64,000 nt of DNA from Octopus vulgaris (lineage: Eukaryota), in contig OX597816.1 in NCBI GenBank assembly GCA_951406725.2, positions 99,572,001-99,636,000 of the forward strand, written 5' to 3'. Shown here piece by piece: positions 1 through 13,381 of this stretch. A model generated the notes under the pieces. That model was not told where the DNA came from, did not search any database, and saw only the letters and a program-made list of their open reading frames with translations. Position numbers and translations under genes: made by a program. Numbering within the stretch: position 1 is the stretch's first letter; every line of letters begins with the position of its first letter.

Positions 1-899
1 GTTGGTGTGGAATATACTATTAAATGCATGTTGTATAAGATATTCTTCTGTTCTACTTCACAGTAATTTCATTATTTTCAAATGAAAATTCTATCTTTCA
101 CAACAAAACATATTTGTAAGGAATTATAAACAGAATTACCAATTAGCTTTAAACATGTGTAGCTGATATTTTGTGCTAATGTAACTTAACATTAAGGAAT
201 TATGTAGAATCAATAGAAAATTATTCATTTTCAGTTTTTTTGTACAGAATTCTAAAATCATTTATCATTGGATTTGGTATTAGGCAACGTGATAGGAACT
301 GAAACAAATAAATAAATAAGTAAAATAGCTAAATACTTCCTTGGGTAATTTTGGTAAACCTCTTTCTGGAGTAATTATCATTATTATTTTCTCTGTGTGT
401 GAGTAGTATTAGTTAGTTTTAGTTAGTTATTAATACATTTCTTATCTTTCAGAACACATCTGCATATCAATGCTGTTTCTCTTAAGATAACAAAATTATA
501 AGGAAAAAGAAAAATGTAAAACATATTAAATGGAAAAGCAAAGTGAAATAATATAAAATTTTTCTGTGTTTAGTCATTTGATCAAGTCTCTGTTTTTTTA
601 TTCTTATATTATAATTTTGCAACTTGTGGAAAAATAGAAGAAAAATTTTTAATTTCTAAAACTATACAAAATAAATGAACAATTGAGTTAACCATGTTTT
701 AACTAGAGTTATAGTAATGTTGTTTACTTCTGAGATGAATTTTGTAAGGCTAATATTGAATAGTTGATTAAAGCAAATCTAATTTTTAATTGATATTTAT
801 TTTATTGTCTCATGAAAAATGAGGATCTGAAGAATTTGAAAAGCTTTGTTCCAGTACGTATTTAAAGAGCACTGCTCAATGTATATTTCACTTTCCTCC

Positions 900-1170
900 T
901 TTATGTGTGTCTGACACGATGTTAAAGAGAGCAGGGCCAATTGAGGTGAAATAGTTCTGTCATAGTGTTGTGATACGACAATGAACATTTCTGTAGTGGA
1001 TGGATGGCACGGGAGCCAAGCCTCGGATGAATTTTAAAAATGGGTAATGTTGATGGAATATTTTCCACATCATACAGATGATATAGAGCTCACAGCAGCA
1101 ATGGAGGGAGCAAAGCCTTACCTTTTTGAGTCGATCCCAATAGTCAAGGCTTGTCATGTCCTCCTCCACA
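900..1170 (-). mobile_element. CR1/L2-group LINE, decayed 3' end of ORF2
   Basis: Minus strand reads MTSLDYWDRLKKVRLCSL..ELYIICMMWKI, then YFTSIGPALFNIV, resembling the 'LDYWERLK.L.LYSL.RRR.RY.II..WKI ... GP.LFN' tail of CR1/L2-type RT proteins. Confidence 0.6.
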
Positions 1171-1374
1171 GACCTCTGCCAAGCAGCTCATTTTAAGATG
1201 GCTATGCGAGTAAAATTACTATTAGAGTAACGAAATAAACTTTGGAAACAGCAATGCCACCATCGGTGGAAACGATGAACGTGTTTTCAAGGGAGATAAT
1301 CAAAGAAAGTAACAGTGTAATACTTCATGTAAAGTAAATATAACAAATGAAAAATCCTTCAAGAATCCATAAAA

Positions 1375-1535
1375 ATTCCTAGATCACTACTAAAATTTCA
1401 TCATCTGTTTCTTGTGTCATTATCAACTTTTTCTGCAAGTTTCATCAAATATCGTTAGCAACATTTTAGTTATTTTGCACACAGATGGACTACCAATGCC
1501 GATGAAAACATAATCTTGTTATTTGGCAGATGTAA
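1375..1535 (+). repeat. Short interspersed non-autonomous DNA-element remnant, possibly Helentron-associated
   Basis: Motifs 'aagtttcatcaaat...ttagttattttgcacacaga...gatgaaaacataatct..tggcagatgtaa' resemble the end of a widespread invertebrate/fish non-autonomous repeat; recognised from memory only. Confidence 0.3.
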
Positions 1536-3172
1536 CAAATGTTATATAGAACTACACAGTTCAATACTACATCTATTCAATACAGCAGATATCATATGGA
1601 ACTACAATTCAGCAGTATATCCAAATAATCTTACTATCTGCATATGTATAAAGCTTATATGTGAATATGTGTATGTGTGTGTACATATGTCATCCCTGCT
1701 CAAGCAACCTTATTATCAAAGGTTTTCTAGCCATTACCACATTATTTAATGTTCCCTTCTGCATTGAAGGCAGTAGGGTTTGATTAGGGAGATTTGGCTA
1801 CTATTACTAGCAAATTGAATGGCTACACAAGGGTCGACCTTTATTAGTTCATGTGTATATATGATTGTTTATATGTGTGAGTTTTCTTATAAATGAATTT
1901 TTTTAAATATAGAATACTAGACAGTATTTAATACCATCTTTCTGTATCCTGAGATCAAATTTTGTTGGGTGACAGAGGTCAACAAGTTCCAGGATTGTTC
2001 AAATAAATATTAATGGGATACTGAAGTCAAATTAATAAACAGTACCTACCTCTAATCTGCTGTAAATGTGTGGTTTTGTAGGAATGTTACAAATCATATG
2101 TGTTTGTGTTTTTGTGTGTGTGTATATGTGTTTTGTGTTGTATTTGAGGTATTATAAGAATGCAATGCATTATTAACTGCAGCATAGAGTATGCTATTTT
2201 TTTTTTACATAATTAATCAAATTACTGTTGACACTAAATCATTGTTTATAAATGATGTGTGTTCAAGACATACTATCATTTTTGGCTGAGGAGAAAAACA
2301 CTTCACTATTCATGGACTCCTTCAGTGCTATGCATCACAAGATGTACAATTTAAGATAGTTGTTGAAACAACATATTAATCATTTTCTAATGACATTAGA
2401 TCATTAATTTATTCTGAACTCCTAATTATCTCACTATATGTCTTTTATTATTTATTGTAATGAACTCAATTTCATTGCTAATTACATTTTATAAGGAGAA
2501 AGTTGTGACCATTTCTCTCTCTTTCTCTGACCCTCTTATTCTCTCTTTCTGGCATCTTTTCTCCACCCACTTTTCTCCTGGATCAGTTCCTGGAATAGTT
2601 ATATAAAAAATACAAATATTTTCCTTGAAGAACTTCCAAGACAACTTAAGAATGAATAATCATCATTATTATTTCTATGACTTGGTGGAATTGTTACAGC
2701 ATCACTCAAAAATATCTTGCAGCGTTTTACATTTTAAGTTCAAATCCTGTTAAGATCAGTTAACAACCACTTGACACAAGCTGCTCATTATATGCCCCTG
2801 ATTAAATTCAGGTCTTAATCAGAAATTCTCATGCATAAAAACTAATGGGATATGAACTATATTGTATATGCCAGGTTTGCACCAACAAGGACTTAAACTG
2901 TTGTATGAAATACTTTGCTATATTCATCAAGTGATGAACTGTTACATACATGGTTGCACTGACGAGGAAATGAATTATGATATAGGTCACATGGTTGTTT
3001 TGATCTGTAGAAAAACTCTCTGGAGATGCATATTAGGCTAACCATGATTAAAATTTAGCACATATTGCAAGATGAAAGGAGCAAGAAATATATATCAAGA
3101 TATGTTTCAGGGTGTATAGACTAGAATATAAACTATGCTATGGCACAGGATATGACAGATAAAGAGATAAAC

Positions 3173-4477
3173 TATGAGGGACACCCAAAAGTAACCAGAA
3201 AAGTTCTCTGTGGAGTAAGCCAGTTGTAGTTCAGACTTCCACTGCTACAAGTCACTTGATGCAACCCTCAGGCACCAGTATACTAACCAATGGACCAGTG
3301 GCATCGAGTAAAGTACTGCCATGTGGCGTAGCATTGCTTTGCAGTGCTTCTCCCAGTTTGTCAATTTTTGTGATGGCTGAAACAAAGGAATAGCATGCTT
3401 CCATGAAACAGTTGTGATGCTTCAAAAAGCTTACAAGGACGCTGTCATGAGCAAAACAAGTTTACGAGTGGTTTTCATGCTTTAAGAATTGTCACATGTT
3501 GCTTGAATACCGATCTTGTTCAGGGTGTCCATTGACCTCCCAAATGAATGAAAACATCACAAAAATTCATGAACTGATCTTGGAGGACCATCACCAAACA
3601 ATTGACAAACTTGTTGATATGACTTGTGTGTCCTGAAGCTCCTGCCAATGAATTTTAAGTGAGGAATTGTGAATGAAAAGAGATGCAGCAAAATTTGTGC
3701 CGCATTTGCTCACAGAAGATCAAAAGCAGTCATGACTGAATGTGTTGTGAACTAAAAAAAAAACAGTTGGAGATTGATCCAGCCCATTTTCTAAAGATCA
3801 TCACTGGTGATGAAAGTTGGTGCAATGGCTACGACCTGAAAACAAAGCAGCAATCAAGTCAATGGAAGCATTCAATATTACCATGCCCCCAAAAAGTATG
3901 TCAAGTGAAGTGCAAAGTCAAGACAATGCTGTTTTGTTTAATCAATCCAAAAGGAATTGTCCACACAGAATTTGTTCCTCCAGCTCAAACTGTTAACCAA
4001 TCATTTTATTTGGAAGTTCTGAAGTGCTTGCAAGACATGTTGAGACAAAAATGCTCTGACCAGTGGCAAAGTGAAGAGTGGTGGGTTCATCACAACAATG
4101 CACCTGTGCACACCTTCTTGAATGTGAGACAAATTTTGACCCAAAAATGGAATAAACCTGCTTACCCACCCTCCCTATTCACCTGATCTTGCTCCCTGTG
4201 ACTTTATCTTTTTTTGTTTTGTTCCTCTGAATGAAAAATGTCCTTAAAGCGAAACGTTTTACAAATGTGGAAGAAGTGAAGAGAAAAATGATGGCAGATT
4301 TAAAAGGCATCACTTTGCAAGAGTTCCAATACTGCTTCAAATGGTGGAAAATGTGTCTAGGTCAATGCATTGCTTCAAATGGAGAATACTTTGAAAGCAA
4401 TAGAAGTGTAAACATATAAAAGTAAGTGAATAAAATAATACTGCAAAATTCCAGTTTCTTTTAGGTACATTCTTGTA
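3173..4477 (+). mobile_element. Near full-length, inactivated Tc1/mariner (mariner-type) DNA transposon
   Basis: TA at both ends (3173-74, 4476-77); imperfect TIRs TGAGGGACACCCAAAAGTAACCAGAA / TTCCAGTTTCTTTTAGGTACATTCTTG; about 1.3 kb; transposase motifs AAKFVPHLL, IITGDESWCNGYD, HHNNAPVH, PPYSPDLAPCDF, MK..LK.KRF broken by stops and frameshifts. Confidence 0.93.
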
Positions 4478-6197
4478 ATACATTACAACAAAGAATGAAT
4501 AAATTTTATACATGGAAACATCTTTAGTTTTACTGCATTAGGATTTGTATTTTTAGATTCATATTTAATGAGAGACATGTGATGAGCAACTAGAATCATG
4601 AAATGGTTAAATTAATGATGATTTTTTGACTTTTAATATGAGTCACATCAGATCTGTTGTAGCAAATGTCTTGAGTCACCTTGTCAGAGTTTTAAATGAT
4701 TAAAAGGATTCTTCACAGAAATCTTGTGTTAATGTAGATTCAATTGTGAATGTCAGATTGCCAAGTGAATAAGATATTAATTTATCAGTCATGTGATTGA
4801 ATCCACTGCAAGATTTCTTTTCTTTATCAAAGCAGAATTCTGTACTCTGTATTGCTTCAGTTCAATGTGTGGGAAATGTATCAAATTGTCTGAGAATGCA
4901 TATTTCTAAAGAATTACCTATCAATGATTTTCTTTAAACCATTGGGTAATTAAGTCTTTGGCTCACATTTGTTTTCATATTTTTAAAATTCAGTATGAAA
5001 GTGGGATGGCTGATTTCATTTTCAGTCACTGGTACTATGCTAAATCTAAGCCCAAAATATTTAATATTTGTCTACATAACTGTAAATAAACTCTGCTGTA
5101 AAATTACTACACAGTAATGTAAAATTATCTAATAAGTCTTTTGTTATTGATGCTAAATTCATTTTTACCCATAGGTGAGTTAACTGAAATATATTTGTCT
5201 GTCATTGGCTAGGTGCCAAGGAAAATAGCAATTATCATTAGTTTCATGACTTTTGTGGCAGGAAATAATAGAGCACAATAAAATGAAGCGTGATAACTTT
5301 GAAGAATAATGTTTCATTCAATTTGCCTTGTTACAGATTAAAGATTAGGTGGTGAAGATGTAATTTTTTAAGGGCTTTGGTAAAGGAAGAAAAGCAACAC
5401 CCATTGATTTTTTTCAGGTGCTTTGTAACTGATGCGAGGAAGGGAAAAAGTTAGTGCCTGATCCCAGCAACAGAGTAGACTCTCCTAAAGGCAGCCAAAT
5501 ACAAAGTGGTGGTGTTGAACTGAGAAACAGATAATATCTGTTAGAGATTAGCAGTCAAGAATTAGATGCTGGAAAGTAAAAGCACATTATTTTGGATAGG
5601 ATGTTCTGATTAAGGACAGAAGGGAAATTTGCAAGCAGTAAGTAAATATGAGAAAAAACAGGACAAATATTTAGCATGATATTAGTAAGCAACCATGAAG
5701 AATTATAGAGAGGAAAGACATGTAAAATGGAAATACCGGTTAGTTGAGTGAGTTTAGATAAAGGTAGCATAGTCAGCATTTCTGGAAAAATATTCCATTA
5801 TATTAGACAATGACAACACTCATTTGAACACTAGATAAGGTAGTTTAAATGTTAGATGATATGAGTGAAAAAATACTTTTCAAGTGGACAGCTATTCCTT
5901 CTGTCCAGACATGATGTACAAAGTGTAGATGTATAGAATGTACACAAGTTTGGGATCTGTAAAATATTTGTAAAGTATTAGAATGTAAACACCAGAAAGT
6001 GGCAGTAAGCTCCCAATTTGCTGAAATAGTAATGTAGATAAAATTCTTGATCTGAGCTTTTTTAGTTCCCCAATTTCTACTTAAAGTAAACAACCTAAAA
6101 GGTATTGGACTGGTTTTCTTTCATATAGTATATAATTATGAAGTCTTCAGTGATTACCCAACAACATATAACATATATAATGTTATATGAACAAATA

Positions 6198-6590
6198 GGT
6201 GAAGGAGTGGCTGTGTGGTAAGTAGCTTGCTTACCAACCACATGGTTCTGGGTTCAGTTCCACTGCATGGTACCTTGGGAAAGTGTCTTCTCCTATAGCC
6301 TTGGGCCGACCAAAGCCTTGTGAGTGGATTTGGTAGACGGAAACTGAAAGAAGCCCATCGTATATATGTATGTGTATATATGTGTGTATTTGTGTTTGCC
6401 CTCCCCAACATCACTTGACAACCAATGCTGGTGTGTTTACGTCCCCATAACTTAATGGTTTGGCAAAGAGACCGAAAAATAAGCACTAGGCTTACAAAGA
6501 ATAAGTCCTGGGGGTGATTTTCTCAACTAAATGTGGTGCTCCAGCATGGCCGTAGTCAAATGACTGAAACAAGTAAAAGAAGAGAGTAAA
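6198..6590 (+). mobile_element. tRNA-derived SINE, family A (CORE-like middle, internal TA/TG tract, AAAGAGT-type tail)
   Basis: A-box-like TGGCTGTGTGGT, B-box-like GGTTCAGTTCC, 'ccttggg..agtgtcttct' segment; closely similar copies at 29933-30340 and 54301-54682. Confidence 0.88.
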
Positions 6591-7044
6591 TAGTAAATGA
6601 AAGAATGGAAACTACTCAAAGAAACAGTTTCTGTCCGTAATGAAGAAACCTAAGCATTGTGAATGTAAAGTGGAATTGCTATGAGCAGTTAATTAAGCCA
6701 GGAGGCATATCTACCACAAAGTTCTGTAATTAGAAGAAGAAAGGATCAGGCATTTCAACTATGAAATCAATTATTTTAACAATTCATCTGTAAATATTCA
6801 AATTCCCTTCCGCATCTTATCTAAACTAAAAAAAAAAAAAATTCAGAATTGAAAACAGTGTATTTCAACCAATGTTAATACAAATAAAAGGATGTTAAAA
6901 TCATTATAAAAAAATGATATGAAATATATTTGGAAACATTTTGAAATACTTATAAAAAGCTTTAGACGAAAGAAAAACAGTTTTGCTGAATATAAAATTA
7001 AATGTTTTCATGAATAATAAAATATTTTGTTTCTTTTACAATCA

Positions 7045-7188
7045 TATATAATATGTATGAGTGATGTATGTATGTAAATATGTATGTATGCATGTATGTA
7101 TGTACGCATATATGTATGTATATCTACATATATATATAAATATATATATACATACATGCACACACATATGTATGTGTCTGTGTATATA

Positions 7189-7228
<40 letters not shown>

Positions 7229-7340
7229 TATTCATATATATATATATATACATATATTTGGGTAGGTATATATGGTGTGTGCGCATGTGTGTGCGCATTT
7301 GTGTGTATGTGTGTGTGTATGTGCATGCATGTGTGCGTGA
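7045..7340. repeat. Compound (TATG)/(TA)/(TG) microsatellite
   Basis: Directly visible; explains the Y/I/C/V/M-rich ORFs. Confidence 0.95.
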
Positions 7341-7449
7341 ATTTCTGTTTTCTTGAATGATCTGTGAGAAAAGTTATTCACTCCAGTAGAAATTCTAATT
7401 TGAAAGTCATTCTATCATCAAATGAAAAAAATAAAACAAATTGCAGCTT

Positions 7450-7509
7450 ATATGATGATGATGACAAGGATGATGATGATGATAGTAACAACAAAAACAG
7501 CAGAAATGC

Positions 7510-7553
<44 letters not shown>
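7450..7553. repeat. (GAT)n plus (AAT)n microsatellite
   Basis: Directly visible. Confidence 0.95.
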
Positions 7554-8154
7554 GAGACCATGTAATTCAGAAACCATCTATTTGCAATGTTATATTTGCT
7601 GTTGATTAAGCACAGTAAAATAAAACGTCTGCTCCAACAAACAAGATGTACTATGTTTTAAAAATTACTGCGAGATTTGCTTAATTTAGTTTGTCTTTTG
7701 CTCCTGTTCATTCCTTATCAGTCTTACAGCATGTATTATGTTCATATCAGTACATTAGCAGCTTTGACAAGCCTGTCGCTTCCAATAACATAGATGTTCT
7801 GCTGTATAGTGAGATGCTCAGTAACAACTGCTCAGTTCTTTAAATCAATTAGTCAAGAGTTGCTTCAGTCATGTGAATTATTGAATTATTTTTCTTCCCT
7901 TGTACTTATTCTCTGTTTCACTATGTTGGTAGCATTTTCCCTCCGTTCTTATCTCAGTCAAAAGTTACATTTCTGTAAAGAAAAGAAAGAAGGAAGACAG
8001 AAATATTGGTGCAAGAATAAGACACATCATGCAAAACGATTGTATAAAATAATAATTAGGTGATTGATTTACAGACGCAAATAACAATGATATTAAGATA
8101 GAAAAGAATGATAAGGAAGAAAAGATAGATGCAGAATGAGAAAGCGCATAAAAG

Positions 8155-8206
8155 ATATACATACATACATATACATATCTGTATATACATGTGTGCATGT
8201 ATGTAT

Positions 8207-8267
<61 letters not shown>

Positions 8268-8375
8268 CATATATATATATATATACATATATATATGTCT
8301 GTGTGCATGTATATATATGTATAAATGTATGTGTATGTATGTTTGTAGGTATGTAGGTAGGTAGGTATGTATGTA
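8155..8375. repeat. Compound (CA)/(TA)/(TATG) microsatellite
   Basis: Directly visible. Confidence 0.95.
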
Positions 8376-9079
8376 TTGTTCTATTCTATATCTACCACCA
8401 CAATTTTATCATTCTTTTCTACTTTTCTCTGTCTCTCTCTTCTTCCTTTTCTCTGACACACTCATTGTTTTCTCAAAAGTGTGTACTTTGAAAATAGCTG
8501 ATCTATGTTCTTGCAATCTCTTCTGGATAGATACCGCCAAATAAAAGATAACTGTCAAAAGGGCAAAGACTTCAAAGAATAGGGTTAAGATCACAATGAG
8601 CTTTTAACTCGTGTATGACCATTACAGATCAGAAATTAAAGCCACACAAAAAAAAATATTCTTCTTCACAAAATAATTACTTTTGGATGGAAAAATTAGT
8701 AGAATGGTGGACAAAAAAATGTCGTACTAAATTTAGTTACAGTTATATCCCTTTACATTCTGAATTCAAATCCCATCGATATCTACTGTACATTCCATCC
8801 TTTGAGAGTTGATAAAGTGCCAGTCATTTACCGAAGTCAACTAACTATTTCTGTCTTTAAAAATATCAGGCCATATGCTTATGTTAAAGATTCGGCTCTT
8901 TACATTTTGTGTTCAAACAACATTGAGGACAATGTTGTATTTCATTCTATAAGGGTCTTTGAAATAAAGTCAAATATTAGAGTCATAATTAACAAGCTCT
9001 TTGTTCTCAAGCTGCTACTGGCCATGTACCTACATTATTAATAGTTATTTACTATCATGATTATAAAGAAAAGGGTAGT

Positions 9080-9275
9080 AGACTACTAGAATTGTTAGAG
9101 CATTGGAAAAATATCTGACTCTATACTTCTGGGTTCAAACTATGCTAAGGTCAACTTACTCTTTTATGTCTTTGGAGGCAATAAAGTTAGGTATCAAACA
9201 AGTACAGAGGTTGATATAATTAACTAATCACCTCCCCACAAAATCGCTGGCTTTTGTACCTAAATTTAAAACAGT
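9080..9275 (+). mobile_element. Old diverged copy of SINE family B
   Basis: 'agaattgttagagcatt...ttctgggttcaaac...aaggtcaactt...' aligns by eye with family B at 17124-17341; other old copies near 1920-2090, 8690-8900, 16630-17020 and 60290-60450. Confidence 0.6.
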
Positions 9276-10039
9276 TGGAATGAGAGAAATTATTCTTACA
9301 GTGTTAGATGTTAAGAATTATTATCACCATGAGCAGTAGATGGTAAAATCAGTGGAGTAAACATTAACGTCATCAGTCCTAATGCCCATGGAAGAACTGA
9401 AGATAAAAAACTTTAGAAGTAAACAAAAAAATGAGACCAGAAAAGACCTTTTCTTTCTCTCTTGGTAGTAGAAGCAATGAAAGCTAAACATGAATGACTC
9501 CATTATTATGTGCCTTTTCACATCAATTAAGACTAATAATTCTTATCCCAAAAAGACTACTGATAAGCAGAGAATGGTCAACATTTCATTACTTATAATT
9601 TGGAGAACCTTTAGGTGTTATTTTGGCAAAGATATAGTGGAAATTTTCATAAAGTGAATCAGAAAAAGTTGGGAATAAAGTTGGTGATTATAATTTGTAA
9701 GTAGTCATATTATAAATTTAGCTATTAGACATTTATTTCGTCAGTCCCAGCACAGAAAGTACTTAGTGACCAGGTGATCATTTTCTGAGAATATGCTTAA
9801 TAATTAACAAAGATGAGTACTTAAAAAGGAAATTAAGAGAGATGCTGTGGTCTCAGTAAAAGAAAGAAAGGAAGGAGGGAAAGCTGACAAACTAAAAGTT
9901 CTTAAATTAAGAATATAAAATTCAATTGATGTAGCCTCAATTTGATCATATTTTTCCTCCAGTATCAAGGGTGAATATGCATGACACCAGCCCTGATGGA
10001 AACCCAATAAAAGTGGATAAGAAGTATTTGGCTAAAGTT

Positions 10040-12273
10040 CTTTAGCTATCAATCATAAGTCCTTGATTCAGGTAGTGTACATTCTAGCACATTGTTTTGG
10101 GTTATTGAACGTTCATGCAACAATTCATTTAATGCAGAAATATTTCATCGTTGTTTTTGTCAAGTGAACAATTATATCATATGTCAATTCCAAAAGTAGA
10201 ATGAAGAGTAAACAAAATGACCATAATTTAAAAAAACAACATCACCAAGAAAAGAGTATTCTAGTTGTAATTTATAGATTCTAAGACTTTGGTGATATGT
10301 GATTGCTTCTCAAATTCTTTGTCATTCATTGTATGTACTTGTACTTCATTCTATATAATGAAATGCTAAAATATTTTCTTAACTGATGATGCTTGAAATT
10401 AAGTGTAAACAAAGAAGGCGTAGAAATATTTAGCACAATGGATGTCAATAAACAATTAAACATTTTATTGAAAAGACTTGATTCATTGTTAAAATCATTT
10501 CTATTTAAAAAGACATGTTTAGATCCAAATCTCTTCCTTTCTATCTGAGATTGTACAGTTGGTATCAACATGAATTTCATTGGAATAGGGAGGAAGTGGC
10601 TTTTTCATGCTCTAGATACTCTAGATATGTATGTATTAATCTACCTGGGATTTTGAAGTTGGGGAACAGAGGCAGTGAATAAAATAAGAAGTCTATTGAT
10701 GAACATTATTATTCAATTGCTTCAAAACTTCCTAGATCAATTCAACCATTCTTGAAAATTATATTTTAGTAACATTCATGGCTGTTGTTGTTTAGCTCCC
10801 AGTCAGCCACTGGTCATCCCTGATTAAGCAAATCTGTGCATAATTAATAATAGTCCACTTTTAACTGATATTCGTGGTGATGGGAGCTGATTGTAATATA
10901 GATAGTTATTACAATGTTGATGTTAGTCATGCTGATCATTTTGATGACAGGTAGTGAAAATTGTGATGATAGGGATGAAACATCAATAAGGATTACCGTG
11001 ATGATGAAGTTGATTACTATGATGATGATGTTGATTACTATGACAAAAATGAATGATGATGAAGGAGATGATGAAGGAGATGATGATGGAGATGATGATG
11101 AGGAGATGATGATGGAGATGATGGAGATGATGAAGGAGGTGATGATGGTGATGACAGTATTGACAGTTGTGGTGATGCCAATGATGATGATAATGATAAC
11201 AATGATGATGATGACAGTGATAGTAATGGTGATGCAGTTTGTTCTCATAAATAATACAATTTATACTGGACAATGCAAATTTTCTCCTATATTACATATT
11301 TTTCCATAACAAAATCAGCAGTGAGCAACATCATAAAAGTAGACAGATTCCAGCAGAAAATCTCTTTATTGTGAAAATATTGTGTATAAGATACTGTAAG
11401 GTCTATAATAACCAAAGTAGTTTTAATAACCACACCCCATACTGTGTTTTATTAACTTTTTCTGCTCAAGTTTTCTTTATTTTTACTTGTTCAATTTATA
11501 GTGTTCTTATAAACTTTATATTTTGCTTTCCTTAAAGATTTATGTTGTTATAAACAAAAGCCAGTTATGCTATAATAAACCAGGCAAAATCTGATACAAA
11601 ATCTAAAACAAAATTAACACAAAGATTAATTTGTTTTGAGTAAACATGGGGCAAATTTTATAAATGCATGCATACGTACATTCATACATACTACAGATTT
11701 ACACAAAAAAACTAGAAATACTAGATTTTTAAAAGAAAGAGTAAAAGAGACTGATGTGGATTCTCCAAATCCTATCTACTAGTGGCACCAGGAAGATTTG
11801 TAAGCCATCCCAAAGATTCTTTACCTGAGATTCTTCAGATGAATAGATGCACACACTTGGTTGTGTAATTTGGCAGCTCAATCAACACACCAACTCAACC
11901 ACATATTTACAAACACTGGAAACTCTCTTAAATCAAAAAGTCTTGTTACTTTGTTAGCGAACAGGTTGAACCCTCTTAAGACAAACTTATATAATACTCA
12001 AAGAAAAGACATACATACACACATACTCACACACTTATATATAAGAAGGTTATAGAGAAGGTATAACAGAGGTCAATGTGTTGCAGGTACTTACCGTAAT
12101 AATAGCCTGGTATTTAGCTGTCAATCATAAGTGATTGATTCAGATTGTGTACATGCTTGCACATTGTTTTGGGTTATTGATGTTACAATTCATTAAAGGA
12201 AAAAATATTTTGTCTTTGTTTTTGTCAAGTGAACAATTATATCACACATTCCAAAAACAGAGTGAAGAGTAAA
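10040..12273 (+). repeat. Dispersed direct repeat of about 165 bp (10040-10211 and 12113-12273)
   Basis: Both copies share tttagct.tcaatcataagt...gcacattgttttgggttattga...tttttgtcaagtgaacaattatatca...tgaagagtaaa. Confidence 0.85.
10900..11240. repeat. Degenerate (GAT)n/(GAG)n low-complexity tract
   Basis: Directly visible; produces the poly-M/D/H/I ORFs. Confidence 0.9.
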
Positions 12274-13327
12274 TATCTACTCTCAGACAGCTTATTTTGT
12301 GTTGCACTCATCGCATAAAATATCAGAAAATTTCCTGACTCGAAATAAGAACCTCAACATGGTTGCTCAATTGTTATAAATAGCAGTCAAATATCCGTCA
12401 ACTCACATCCTGCTATTTTAAAAATAGAAGAATATATTGGATAACATAGTCTTAGGTAAATTATGTGAGGTCAAAAAGGCAGTAGTCACTGCTGCAATGC
12501 TTTCAATCATAAATCTTCTAAAGGAGGGTAAACCTTGTGAGAAATACAACAGCAATAATAAATTTCTTAAACGAAAATTCAGGATCAATATCTTTCTATG
12601 TAAGATAATCATGAATATTGTTTATTCCATGTTGAAGGCAGTTCTACAGCCTGACCTTAGCCATGATAGCTAAGACAAATAAAAAAATATATTACTCATC
12701 AGTTTCATGTATTGTAATTCATGTAATTATACCAGTAAGGTTTCTCAAGAATGAACTTATGCATATGCTGTGCTTAAAGTCACTCCACCCAACCCAACTC
12801 TTATTCCTTACCACAGACTCTAGACCAGCATTTGATGATGTTATCTATCAATAATTATAATAATTTCAATTTTATATCCAGAATATAAATTGACCCTTCA
12901 TTGCAACAATTCATTATAGCTTCAAATATCATCTTATGAGCTGTCATGTACAGTACATTATAGACACTGATGGAATAAAGGTTAAAGTCAATCTCAGAAG
13001 AGAAAAAGATAAATCTAAATCCTATTCTTCTCTTTACTCTATTATTTTCAGTTTTAATGATCAAGAGGCACTTCATTCAGTCAACTTAGTAACATAAATA
13101 TAAATATTTTGAGGTGCCATCTCTCTCCAGTTGGTTAAAATATTATTCAGGGTTTACTTTTTCCTAATCACTTCTTTGTTATTTCTTTTTATATCTGTTT
13201 CATGCTGTACCAGGCAGTTTCAGTAACATATCAATTTTCCATTGATAGGATTGGTTAGCCCCTCACTCAACCTACTCCATTTCTGTGTGTAGTTTCACAA
13301 GACCCTTTTCATAACACAATAAGGCCA

Positions 13328-13381
<54 letters not shown>

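Noticed and set aside
5530-6110. Possible old LINE remnant on the minus strand
   Set aside because: Only vague similarity; no diagnostic motif recovered.
6198-6275. tRNA-like heads of SINE families A and B as tRNA genes
   Set aside because: A/B-box-like motifs only; no full cloverleaf, and they continue into SINE bodies.
10844-11309. Met/Asp-rich, His-rich and Ile-rich ORFs resembling biomineral or reflectin-like proteins
   Set aside because: All arise from a degenerate (GAT)n tract; no reflectin motif, splice context or non-repetitive coding flank.
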